Position numbers and translations under genes: made by a program. Shown here one piece after another: positions 25,374 to 37,554 of a stretch of DNA of 64,000 nt (position 1 is its first letter; every line of letters begins with the position of its first letter). Below the pieces are notes generated by a model, which was not told where the DNA came from, searched no databases, and saw only the letters and a list, made by a program, of their open reading frames with translations. Origin of the DNA: Mizuhopecten yessoensis (Eukaryota); contig NW_018480066.1 in assembly GCF_002113885.1 (NCBI RefSeq), positions 351,090 through 415,089 of the forward strand, written 5' to 3'.

Positions 25374-25959
25374 GTAAGGTCGTGTGCTGTTATGTTAAAT
25401 GGACCTTATTTATTATATACAAGGTGTGAACAATATACTGTAACTGTCTGTATGGGACGCTGTACAGAATTAACCGGTATTACTTGATGGCATCATATAA
25501 TGGTCTTTTGCATATTGTAGCGATCTTCAGGTTCAGCATATCCGTTTTCAGTTTAAAACATAAATCAAATATCGTTTGGATACAACTGTAGCACATTTCG
25601 GCAAGGTCGTTTCCATTGACCAGGTAGATTTTTCGATTAAAACGATAGTATAACAATCCTAAGTGAAGGGTTTGAATCTCAATCTATTCTATATAATCAC
25701 ACTCAGAACACTGTTGTCATTTTTAAGCAGGTATTTGATGCCATTAAATGACAACAACGTGACTGGTTGCAAACCAAAGGTGGATGCGTACCTGTCTTAA
25801 AACGTTTGATATGTTGGATGTGATAACTATTTTCTTAGGGACAAAAGTATATAACAAACCTAAACTGGAAACTTAAAATATTTTGCTCATTCGTTGTGAT
25901 AACATTCAATTCATATATATCGCATTTTATTCTCCTTTGTATTCCTCTGTTGTAAACAG

Positions 25960-25994
25960 AAAGTGAGGCTCAGACGCTCTATCAAGAATCATGA
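25960..25994 (+). CDS. Copy A putative terminal coding exon (ESEAQTLYQES*)
   Basis: Long pyrimidine tract and aaacag; phase fits; TGA 25992-25994. Confidence 0.55.
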
Positions 25995-26661
25995 ACCAAC
26001 CAGAAACGGTGTGAAAATGGTAAAATGGAATCTCAAACAACGAAAATGATGTACGGACGGTCTATACAGTAACATGGACCAGTCCCGACTACAGACTTTC
26101 TACGACAATCAAGTGTGTAAAATAGTGTTATATGTTGGAATTTATAACAAGGGTGCAAAAATGTTAGTTCGCAATTGTAGAAGAACTATCTATATATACT
26201 GATTGATATTTTGAGTTTACAGCCATTCCGGATTGATCGTATCCAAACTCCGAACGTTAAATCTTTGCAACATTTCTTTGAAGTTAGGAATGCTACCAGT
26301 TTTGTGCACGTAACAAAATCCGTTTCCCCTCAGGTACAGCAGCTGACCTGACCCAGTGTGTATACATTGTGTAGGTTGGACCAAATTCACCATGTATTTT
26401 AGGGTAGAGGTTAGTTTTACTATTTTCTTTGATCATTTATACAGACAGTCGTGCCGACTAATCGGTTCGTCATGACAGAGGGACAGATTGTCGATTAATT
26501 GAAAAACGGTATACGTAGTGCGTTTTACGCATACTATTGGAGGTAATCTGTATACCTAAAATTGATTGTAAATAAATTACACTTCAATGAACATGTGTTT
26601 CATGTACAGTTGTATATGGAGGTTTATATATAATGCTTTCAAAACATATATAATTGTTTTT

Positions 26662-26667
26662 AATAAA
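26662..26667 (+). terminator. Candidate polyadenylation signal for copy A
   Basis: AATAAA ~670 nt after the predicted stop; weak evidence in AT-rich DNA. Confidence 0.3.
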
Positions 26668-28249
26668 TCGAACATGATGCATTCAAGATCTAAACGTAAA
26701 TGGTTATTAGGTTCGAAATAAGTAAATGAAGCGATAGTACCATACACTTGACAAGTATAAATTAGGTCGTCCTAATATACACGATGTCGATTTTATTTTA
26801 GACGTTCACTATTTAGTTTCCTCGGGTCCAAACTAAAAGGAGAGAATATCAACTATACAGATGTAGATTCCTCTCTCCAGTGCGGATTGGAGTCGTATAG
26901 AAAAGATTTCAAAATCTATGTGTTAAATTGATTCAATGTTTTCCTTTACGTACTAAATCTGACATCTGTTTAGGAATGTTGAGTTTAACATCCCTTTCTG
27001 CAAGAGAAGATCTATGTAAACTTATTTCTTTAGAATCGTTGAACACTCGTATGCCACATTGTGCCATTTAGTAATTAGTTTTATTGCGTTTATTACAACT
27101 GTACATTTGTATCATCAAATGTACAAGAGTACCGATGGTGTAATTCAAAATATATGTTTTATTTCACATAAGTATGATCTACATAATTATTTGTATAACA
27201 TTCTAATCGGGTACATTCCGAAAGAAGGTTCAATCGAAATAAATCGTTAAAAATATAAGCTTTTATTAATTAAGAAAGGAACGATTGGCAAACTCGCTTG
27301 AATGCCATCAATGATTTTAGTCGTTTCAAAATACTTCAGACTTCTCTTGTACATTCACCAGTTAACTTTTTCTGGTGGTTTTTAAATGTTTTATTTTGCT
27401 AAGTTTGTCAGAAAGTTGCAAAGTTTTGGACAATTAGATCGGATTATGAACTATATGTATAAAACTTAATTGTTATGATGAAGATGATTTTGTACGCTGA
27501 TGCATTGATTGTTGCCATCCCGATATTGTAGATTTACGGGATTTATTTCTTGTAAAAGATATGTGAATGACTATCAAGTTGCTGTATATGTTGACGTTTT
27601 AGAAGATAATTTTTACGGAGAGATCACCTTTCGGACGTGACGTCAGTATTTTTTTTCCATTGCAAGTACGGAATTTGCGACGTCTGGTGGTAACCTCCGT
27701 TACTGAAAATGCTAGGAGACAACTTTTATAGCACTTCGTTCAAAGTATATGTAAGAAATACTAACTTATACAAATATCCTGATAATAATGTTGTAATGTT
27801 GTAAGCTGAATACGGGAACAGGCCCGAAGGAGAAAAGAAGACTTTGCTCTTTAATTTTGATGTCAAGTATAACCAATTTTGCCAATTATATTTGCTTAAC
27901 GCATTTTGGTGAAAATATTTGGGATAACATTATGGGATGACGCTACGCATGTTCACTCGATTATTTTCACATTTTGCCCTGATTTTGAATAGGCTGGTTG
28001 CCTGTCCTACATGTAGTACTATCAATAACGCAACAAAGGCACACTTTTCAACAATCGCGATGTGTACTCAACCCATTTTATATTGGTTTTACGAAAATAG
28101 GAATGTATACAACTGTTTAATCTCCTTGGGTGACGCTACGCATGCGCATTTTTCTGTTTGCATTTAGAGCATCGTATTACCGCATGGTTTTGTTTTGTTA
28201 TAGTCTTACGGTCCATCGACTAGCCCGACAGTTTATACCATATTCATAT

Positions 28250-28590
28250 CATGCTTGAGAAGTGAACATTGCCTGAGATTATACAAATGTACATCATGTT
28301 GAGAATATTGCCTTAGAATTTTTTCTTCATTTTTGAGAATATTTCCTGAGAGTTTGTACCATACTTGAGAACACTGCCTGATATTTTATACCATGCTTGA
28401 GAACATTGCCTTAAGATTTTTTTCATCATTTTTGAGAACATTGCCTGAGATTTTGTACCATGCTTGAGAACACTGCCTGAGATTTTATACCATGCTTGAG
28501 AACATTGCCTGAGATTTTATACCATGCTTGAGAATATTGTCTGAGATTTTATACCATGCTTGAGAACATTGTTTGATATTTTATATCATT
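28250..28590. repeat. ~32-bp minisatellite (gagattttataccatgcttgagaacattgcct)
   Basis: About 10 degenerate units. Confidence 0.88.
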
Positions 28591-28923
28591 GGATGAGGAA
28601 AATACAGTTCCTGTCAATTTGTCATGTCTGACCAATTATCCTTTTATACTGAAATCAATTGTGTTTGAGAAAATGTGAATTGTCAGAGAATGTGTCGTGC
28701 TTTAGAACATTGCTCAAAAATATTTATCATGCTTGGGAAAGATATAGTTCCGGTGACTGACCAATATAATCAATTAATAAAGAAAACAATGAAAACCTGA
28801 ATTGATTTCATTAAAGTAAATAATGACTAGCTTATATGATATTGTAGAAGACATGACATGATGAGAGTTTGACTAAGTTGTGTGTTGAAAATACCAGAAT
28901 ATTACAATATTTCATTGGAAATA

Positions 28924-28926
<3 letters not shown>

Positions 28927-28964
<38 letters not shown>
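28927..28964 (+). repeat. Poly(A) tract (38 A)
   Basis: Visible directly; followed by a single N. Confidence 0.9.
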
Positions 28965-29039
28965 NTAAACCACGAAAATAATCTTTATTGAAACACACTG
29001 ATCCCACACTGATGTTGCGACCTAGGCTTATTTTTTGGA

Positions 29040-29570
29040 TCCAGTTTTGCCCCTTTTAGTTATGATTAAAGACACAATCTTGTCTGAACAACTCCCAAAC
29101 TGTTTGAAACTTCACTGATGTAGTCAGCACACACATATGATGTGCACATGTGTTTTCCATTTTGATCCGTGTATTATTATGGCAGTTTTGCCCTTTTTCC
29201 TACGTTTGTAGACACAAACTTGTCTGGCCAACTCCTACAGTTTTCATCTAAACATTTGGAAACTTCACTGATGTAGTCAGCATACACTGAAGTTGTACAG
29301 CTGCACTTAGTTTTTGATTCAACTATTTGTATGACCGTTAGGCCCCTTTCCTATATGTTTGTAGACAGAATCTTGTCCGAACAACTCTTCCAACAGTTTT
29401 CACGCAAACTTCACGAAAATTATGTACTCAGCACATATGTACACGGAAGTTGTGCAACTTTGACTACTACCCTTTTTATATTTGTTAACAAGTGTTTGGG
29501 CCAGAGTGGGAATCAGACTGGATGGGGGAACGAAAGGTAATAGTCAGTAATACTGGCGACAGTTCTAGTT
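29040..29570 (+). mobile_element. 5'-truncated HINE/DINE-1-like element with ~140-160-bp internal repeats
   Basis: Three diverged units (ttttgccccttt..gtagacacaatcttgtctg..aaacttcactgatgtagtcagca); 3' end has hairpin gtcagtaatactggcgac then tctagtt. Confidence 0.55.
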
Positions 29571-29951
29571 AAAAATTATCGGAAATTACAGTGTTTGATA
29601 AGCGGGTAACTTTGATGGATTGTAGTCTGAGTTTAAAAAAACGAACTTGCTCTTGAATGTATATCAATACTCGTATTGGCATATATAATTGCTTTTTTTA
29701 AATTTTACCTTTTACATGTCATTATTTTCCATGTCCAAATATTTTACTACACTCATGTACATCCAATACACTTTGTGCTTACACGCTGGTAAAAGCTAAA
29801 ATACTGTGTAGTGTGTCTCTTTTTTATTTGTAAGAAGCACTTTATTTTTCAATAAATTTATTTTGCTTTTGTTATTTTGTCACATTACTTTTCTTTGTAC
29901 ACGTATATATTTCTACATCACCACTTGTTTAACTCTTTAATTATGGAGGTT

Positions 29952-30341
29952 GTGATGCTTATCCGTAATCATAAACCAAATCTTTCATGATAAAAAAGGG
30001 ATACATGATATAGCAGGTATCTATTGGGCATAGACAGATTACTTGGCAGACACAGATGAGTATTGACAACATAAATAAAAGTGATGCTTATCCGTAATCA
30101 TAAACCAAATCTTTCATGATAAAAAAGGGATACATGATATAGCAGGTATCTATTGGGCATAGACAGATTACTTGGCAGACACAGATGAGTATTGACAACA
30201 TAAATAAAAGGGATGCTTATCCGTAATCATAAACCAAATCTTTCATGATAAAAAAGGGATACATGATATAGCAGGTATCTATTGGGCATAGACAGATTAC
30301 TTGGCAGACACAGATGAGTATTGACAACATAAATAAAAGGG
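29952..30341. repeat. 129-bp unit x3, essentially identical
   Basis: gatgcttatccgtaatc recurs at 29954, 30083 and 30212. Confidence 0.95.
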
Positions 30342-31179
30342 TTTGTAAATACCATAATAACATGAAACATATATTCACATAATGAACAGTTACATACAAA
30401 TTATAAAACCTGAGCGAGTCTATTTTACGGCATGGATCCGGACGACCGTGTGTGTACTAATAGGACAGGCTAAGATAATAACGTTCTTCAAGGTGTTATG
30501 TATACATCATTTCAATACAAACGTGTTATTGAGTGGGTATAAACGAGATATGCCTTGCTTACCTTAAAAAGGAATGGACGGTGTATACAATCCATATTTG
30601 AACTTTCGGAATTCTATATTTTTCTAGATAAAGAAAGCATTTGATTATACACTTATGCAGTAACATTATCAAGGGAGAATATATTTATGTACAGATATTT
30701 CTATTGATATAAATAGTTTTCCTATGTAATTATATGATATTAATTCATAGAGTATTACTCGTGATGACACATAAACATTATTTTTCGATATGCCTAATTA
30801 TGAGCCTGTTGTTCATCTGGTCTTGTTATGTAAATTCAGTCGTCTATTCCGCAAACTTTGGACTTTAAATCCGTTGACTGTACTTTTAATCAACAGTTAG
30901 GTTAATACGTCGATGTATTTTATATTTCTACCTAAGTGCTTCGTGTCCGTTTCAATAAATATGAAATTTAATACTTCTGAACAATTTGGTACAATGCGAC
31001 AAACACCAATGCCTCTGTATAGACCTTGCAATCAACTAGGCCGTATATTTTAGTAGACATACCCGGTACAGACAGATTATACTGTTACCCGACTCGCTAT
31101 ATAAATGCATATTAATCAATTTCGACTGTTTCGCAGACAATTCACCAAACGAACTATAGCTAATGTGTGCTACCGTATA

Positions 31180-31331
31180 ACTGTTTGACTGGTCACGTGA
31201 TGAACCGGTGCTTGCTACCCTACGACTGTTGACTGGTCACGTGATGAACTGGTGCTTGCTACCCTACGACTGTTGACTGGTCAAGTGATGAACTGGTGCT
31301 TGCTACCCTACGACCGTTGACTGGTCACGTG
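31180..31331. repeat. 44-bp tandem repeat x~3.4 containing GTCACGTG
   Basis: actgttgactggtcacgtgatgaactggtgcttgctaccctacg. Confidence 0.9.
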
Positions 31332-31474
31332 TTAGGTAATCGAACGCACCTATAATTACAAGCACCCCGATGATCAAGCGTTTTTGGTACTGGATTGTTG
31401 ACGGTCATCTGTCGGTAGATCTAAATATCACATTTGACATGGAACTTTTTGTTTTTCATTGGTCAAGTAACAAG

Positions 31475-31543
31475 ACAGTTGTTTCATGCCTTATCAGTCA
31501 ACAGTAAAATTGCCTGTTGACTGATAAGGCATGAAACAACTGT
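31475..31543. repeat. Perfect 30-bp inverted repeat with 9-nt loop (likely minimal MITE)
   Basis: acagttgtttcatgccttatcagtcaacag / ctgttgactgataaggcatgaaacaactgt. Confidence 0.9.
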
Positions 31544-32639
31544 ATACTGTACTTTGGTATTCTTTTTAACACAGTAAGGTAACCACGAGCTGTGTTCGGA
31601 ATCTATCCTGATATATCCACTAATAGAGAGGATAGATAATGATTAATGGTATAAGTTCAATCTCCAATATCGTCTTCAAAATATATTAGTTTTGATTATA
31701 AACTCACTAGATTGGAAAATGACCATTACCGATAATCACGGGTTATATAATTGTTTTTTATCATCATCATCATCATCGATTAACCAAAGAAAAAAATTCA
31801 CTTTTAATTTGATCCATGAAAAACCTCTTAATACAAGTCTGAGGTCAGCAAATATTGTTACGGAAAGTCAACTAGGATTTTCTCTAAATTTGAAATTATC
31901 TTAACAATATAAATAAGCATTCCTTTAATAAAAAATGTTTCGATCGATGTACAATTATAGGACTCATAACATATATTTAGTATGATCTAATATTGGCACT
32001 GGATCCGAACAAACAAATGTACGTTGGATATATTATTTCTACAGATATATAGTGCAGACAAAGGACTTTTGCAAACTTTCAAGGCAATCTGCCCTTTGTA
32101 TAAGGCAGAGATATGAATAATTACACGCTTTAATAAAGAGTCTTCATGAAACGATACTACGACATACAATCCATTAAACTGAATATCCCATGTATTACAT
32201 GTATCAATACAATATTAAATAGCTAACTTATTTTGTTTTGTTAAATTTACTTTACCCTAAGATTAGAACTCACCGTATTGTATTAAATCTACTTCATCCT
32301 AGGATATAAGAACCTAGCACTAAGGATGTACTGTATTATGTTAAACCTTTTCCATCCTAGGGCATGAACTTACTTCTACCTTTATATTAATATATACAAT
32401 ACTAGAATATGTTAATCGTTATTTGATTACATTTTAAACAAAAAGTGATCTGGTCAATTTTCAATTAACCGAAAAATGACTTTTTAATAACAATAAAGTA
32501 AAAACAATGTAACCATGTCCAAAAAAACGTGTGACGTGTATTTTTTATCATTACATGTATATACTTATGCACCGTGAGAGTGTTACATTTTTCTACAAAC
32601 TAGTCAATGTGTTATTTGCATAAGACTGAGCGTTCACTC

Positions 32640-33501
32640 CTAATAAAGGGACACGATATTCTTATTTCATGTTTGTATGAACTGATCTATTTTTAAATTT
32701 TACAGCGAACACTGGTCTACTTACAAACACTAGACCGTATAACATGTATAATCATTCGAAGAAAAGAAACCATAACCGACACTAGACTACCCTTTACCTG
32801 GTATTGCTATGTTCTCCACCATTAATTTTCTATCTAACTTATGTTTACTTATGCACTAGATTGTTTGGTTTGCATGGTATAATTATGGTATATAACATGT
32901 TTATTTGGCATGTGATATAAATATCTTTCTCGTTTTGGTGATATCCATTTGTTTAATTGTATGAAAAATATAGTAAAATAATGTTTCAATGTTTTCTTGG
33001 GATTATGTTTTAATAGAAGTCTCATCTAAGTATATACAAAGGGATATTTTTATTTTTTCTTGTCTAATTCGCATAAGCGTAAATATGGATATTTTGTTTA
33101 ATTATATAATCATCGTTGAAGTTTTTAAAACTAATAAATTCATATATCAAAAGACTGCTAGCCGTTACTGAACCAAGGTACAGGTACATGTATAATCACC
33201 TCTAATAAAGGGACACGATATTCTTATTTCATACTTGGCACACGATCCGTTTTGTTTTTATGAACTGATCTATTTTTAAATTTTACAGCGTACACTTGTC
33301 GACTCACAAGCACTAGATCGTATCACATGTATAATCATTCGATGAAAAGGAACCATAACAGACAGTAGACTACCCTTTACCTGGTATTGCTATGTTGTTC
33401 TTCAGCAAATGTGTGCACGCTTGCTTTCTCGCTTTCTCCACCATTACAGTTTTCTATCCAACTTATGTTTACTTATGCACTAGATTGTTTGGTTTGCATG
33501 G
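32640..33501. repeat. Local direct duplication (~32640-32877 and ~33202-33501)
   Basis: Both start ctaataaagggacacgatattcttatttcat and end ttgtttggtttgcatgg, with internal indels. Confidence 0.85.
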
Positions 33502-33764
33502 AATAATCAATAAATAACATATATAATAATAATCTCCAGTATACGGTGTTGGGATATGTTAGTTGTATAAGTATGCTTCGTAGGATGTATACACATATGT
33601 AATATCCGGGGCCGGGTAATGTTTATCCGTCAGACATATACATCCGTATCGTCCGAATGCCTTTTATTAAGTATAAAGGACTATTCTTAATAAACTAGTT
33701 ATTCTGTTTGCTAGATACTGGTATATCTACATGGAGCTTTTATTTTCGCTTATTATTCTGCTGG

Positions 33765-34928
33765 ATTAAATATCTAAAACAAACACTTCATTTAGTTCAT
33801 CTATTGAGTTTTTACATCTAATTTACATCATCCCTATCTCTAGATATGTGCTGGGTTGATATCTTGTTAATCTGACCCCTATCTTCTCTGTTGGGTATTA
33901 TGTTTAGTTTTACTAGCCTCTAACTTCTCTACTTGGTTTTGTGTCGTATTTGCATTAACTCTCACTTCTCTGTTGGCTTATATCTAGTTTACGTTAGCTC
34001 CGACTTCTTGTGTTGGGTTTTATATTTAGTTAACCTGACCTCTAGCTTCTCTTTTAGGTTTTATATTTAGTTTACATTACTTCTAACTTCTCTGTTGGGT
34101 TTAATATCTAGTTTACAAGACCTCTAGCATCTCTCTTGGCTTTTATATCTAGGTTACGTTAGCTCCGACTTCTGTGTTGGGTTTTATATCTAGTTTACCT
34201 TACCTCTCGCTTCTCTGTTGGGTTATATATTTAGTTTACATGACCTCTTACCTCTCTGTTGGGTTTTATATCTAGTTTACATCACATCTAACCTCTCTGT
34301 TGGGTTCTATATCTAGTTTACCTTACCTCTAGCTTATATGCTTAGTTTATATCTAGTTTACTTTACCATTAGTTCTCTCATGTGGTTCACATCTATTTTT
34401 CCTTACCTCTAACTTATCTGTTGGGTTTTATATCTAGTTTACCTTACCTCTAACCTCTCTGTTAGGTTTTATATCTAGTTTACCTACCTCTAGCTTATAT
34501 GCTTAGTTTATATCTAGTTTACTTTACCATTAGTTCTCTCCTGTGGTTTATATCTAGTTTACTTTACCATTAGTTTTCTCCTGTGGTTCATATCTAGTTT
34601 ACTTTACAATACATTTTGTTATCATTACCAGAAAGAACCCCATCAACTATTTTTTATCCAGTTTTCCTTACCTCTAACTTCTCTACTTTTGTTTACAATA
34701 TCTCTAACCTCTCTGCTGGATTTGTATATCTAGTTTACATCACCTCTAACCTCTCTGCTGGATTTGTATATCTAGTTTAGCTTACATCTCGCTTCTCTGC
34801 TAGGTTTTGTTTCCAGTTTACGTTAGCTCTAACTTCTCTCTCTGCTGGGTTTTTATATCTAGTTTATATTTCTAGTTAACATTTCCTCTAGCTTCTGTAT
34901 TGGGTTTCATATCAAGTTTACATTATCA
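33765..34928. repeat. ~39-bp minisatellite, paralog of 1-632
   Basis: Same unit and same downstream unique flank. Confidence 0.9.
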
Positions 34929-35096
34929 TAATTTACTCTTATTTTTATCATATTACCAGCAAGAACTCCATTGAATACTCAACTATTTTTTATGTTTTCC
35001 TGATATTTAAAAAACAGTAAAATCTTACGTCACCTGTCAATGTATAGAAACATCTTACCTTCACAAAATCGAAACATGGGTATGAATCGGTAACTA

Positions 35097-36059
35097 CAGT
35101 TGCGGGATCGCACAACGTTACACGATGTGCGGTGTGCGCACGATGTGTGCACGGTGTGTGAACGGTGTGTGCACGATGGGCGAACGATAAAAAGCTGAAC
35201 GATCATTGCTTGCGCACATATGTGTGCACGATGGACGGACGTTGTGCGATAACAATCGTGGTTGGTGTAAATTGAGGAATGCCTTAACAATTTATACGGT
35301 TTCGTGTTTAAACATGTAAACTTGATGTTTACGTATGTTTCTATATTCTAGCAACATCTATATACTTATCTTTCCGTCTATATATTCTTATATTGAGGAA
35401 TTGTGTTTTCTGTGTTTTTAAACAAACTTAATCGACACATGTAAAATTACAACACAGTATCAGCAATACAGGTAAACATAACCACTTTGTACATGTACCT
35501 GGACCGTAGTTTTCTCCCCGCCTGGGGCATTTACGTAACTCGTCGGGTAAGGCCGGGGTGTGAAAATCCAGGTGAAGGGGAGCTATAGGCAAGCGAATGC
35601 AAATAACAAATACTATTCATTACGGTCAAACGGTATCGCATATCAGCTCTGTGTGTCAGGCACTGGTCAGGTAAAACTCCGGACACTCATAAAATTGTTA
35701 TTTACCTGTTCTGTTACCTTGGAGCCAAACCCATTCTTGACAGCCTAACGGTCGCTGTAATACTGTGTAACACGCATTGTGAAATTGTATAATCTTGATT
35801 ATTGTGATGAGAAATTACAGATATATACACAGTGTACATTATCGGATACAAGCCTTCCGTATTTTTGTCATTCCGTAATTTTGATCTACAAATGATACCA
35901 AATCGCACAGTTGTGCGGAGAGAAGCGCACAACGGGGCGAACGATTGCTAAATCGCACAGTTGTGCGCACCATGTGTGGACGATGTGCGGACGGTGTGTG
36001 AACGATGTATGCACGGTGTGCGCACGCTATTTTTGGTGTGTTGTGCGGTACCACAACTG
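35097..36059. mobile_element. 963-bp non-autonomous DNA transposon, TA target duplication, CAGTTG termini (Tc1/mariner-like)
   Basis: Imperfect 20-bp TIRs (cagttgcgggatcgcacaac / gttgtgcggtaccacaactg) flanked by TA; 11-bp subterminal repeats gcacgatgtgt; empty site in unit A at ~910 (aacTAtata). Confidence 0.88.
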
Positions 36060-36100
36060 TATATAACATATCAGTATGGCATCATTCATGATACATTTAT

Positions 36101-36820
36101 CTAAATAGCAGAGTAATGCCTACAGTATTTACTCTAAATAACAGACACATACCTACAGTATTTACTCTAAATAACAGGCACATACCTACAGTGTTTACTC
36201 TAAATAACTGACACATAACTACAGTGTTTACTCGAAATAACAGACACATCCCTACAGTATTTACTCTTAATAACAGACACATACCTACATTATTTACTCT
36301 TAATAACAGACACACATCTACAGTATTTACTCTTAATAACAGACACATACCTACAGTGTTTACTCTAAATAACAGACACATACCTACAGTATTTACTCTA
36401 AATAACAGACACATACCTACAGTGTTTACTCTAAATAACAGACACATACCTACAGTGTTTACTCTAAATAACAGACACATACCTACAGTATTTACTCTAA
36501 ATAACAGACACATACCTACAGTGTTTACTCTAAATAGCAGACACATACCTACAGTATTTACTCTAAATAACAGACACATACCTACAGTGTTTACTCTAAA
36601 TAACAGACACATACCTACAGTGTTTACTCTAAATAACAGACACATACCTACAGTATTTACTCTAAATAACAGACACATACCTACAGTGTTTACTCTAAAT
36701 AACAGACACATACCTACAGTATTTACTCTAAATAACAGACACATACCTACAGTATTTACTCTAAATAGCAGACACATACCTACAGTATTTACTCTAAATA
36801 GCAGACACACACCTACAGTA
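36101..36820. repeat. 33-bp minisatellite, ~22 units
   Basis: Explains the repetitive ORFs 36097-36810 and 36224-36919. Confidence 0.95.
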
Positions 36821-37554
36821 TGGACGACACTAAAATATGTCGTTTATCAGAATGTTTTGATAAAAAATTATGAAAAACACAATTGTGTTAATACAAGAAG
36901 AAATTGTCTCTGTATGTAATTTGTTAGAAGTAAACGATGTTGGAAATGTGATTTTTTTTCTCTTTTTGCGTAGTTTTTCTGATTTTGAATGGAGGTACAA
37001 ACACTGCAATAAGTGTAAATAAGTCGGTTGATGTAACACACGTATGCTTTGTGACGAATTTTCAACGAAGTGTAATCTGTGATGAAATAAAACATAATCA
37101 CATTATTCGAACCACAAATACCTGTATATGTAAAACATATGATTGCTGTTGAAATACTTGCATGTTGATAAAATATTATGTCTTTCTTAACCGAACTTGT
37201 TACAGCAGAACTTTGATAAAACTTCACAGTTTTGCTTGAATAATACTTCATTATATACATGTGAATGTATTTGTATTACCTTGTAGAAACCTTTTAACGT
37301 GTAAGGAAAATCTCATCTGTGTAAACAGAATGATCATTGAACCAATATTTTTTCTGCAAGGTTGACCGAATGTTATTTAAATGACATGGGAACAATGATT
37401 TCTAAACCAATATTTTTCTGCAAGGTCGACCAAATGGGATTTAACTGACACGGGAACAATGATTCCCTAAATATACGCAATAGAGGGTTGCACCTAAGAC
37501 ACGTCACTCCTTGTGCGTTGATAGTACCCCTACAGCCGTCCTTGTGAATCCGCC

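Larger units (their letters stand above)
2058..25994 (+). pseudogene. TRPM-like channel gene, copy A (N-terminal half disrupted, transmembrane half open)
   Basis: GT-AG exons: 2058-2109, 4679-4816, 8100-8409, 9745-9925, 11709-11853, 12291-12405, 12933-13095, 13332-13543, 13878-13994, 14632-14661, 17121-17150, 17510-17590, 17752-17880, 18647-18746, 19157-19400, 19655-19744, 20204-20371, 20705-20956, 21185-21377, 23166-23328, 24795-24970, 25308-25373, 25960-25994 (TGA). TRPM motifs: VVVVEGD..GSGMAAD, DLLLWAVLTNQMEMAEIFW, FVSHH..Q...RIW.G, FWNGMD, IGPTVIM, PYWSIYGEF, NLLLVNLIIAMFS, WRFHR. Lesions versus copy B: 107-bp in-exon duplication with frameshift (8117-8223), TAA 9751-9753, TAA 11717-11719, +2 nt at ~17513. 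Confidence 0.85.

Noticed and set aside
2058-25994. Assigning the symbol TRPM2 or TRPM3
   Set aside because: No NUDT9-H seen and sequence too divergent for orthology by eye.
36101-36820. CRISPR-like appearance of the 28-64-bp arrays
   Set aside because: Head-to-tail units with no unique spacers, no cas genes, eukaryotic intron-exon context.
36097-36919. 231/237-aa repetitive ORFs (also 947-1165)
   Set aside because: Translation of a 33-bp minisatellite.
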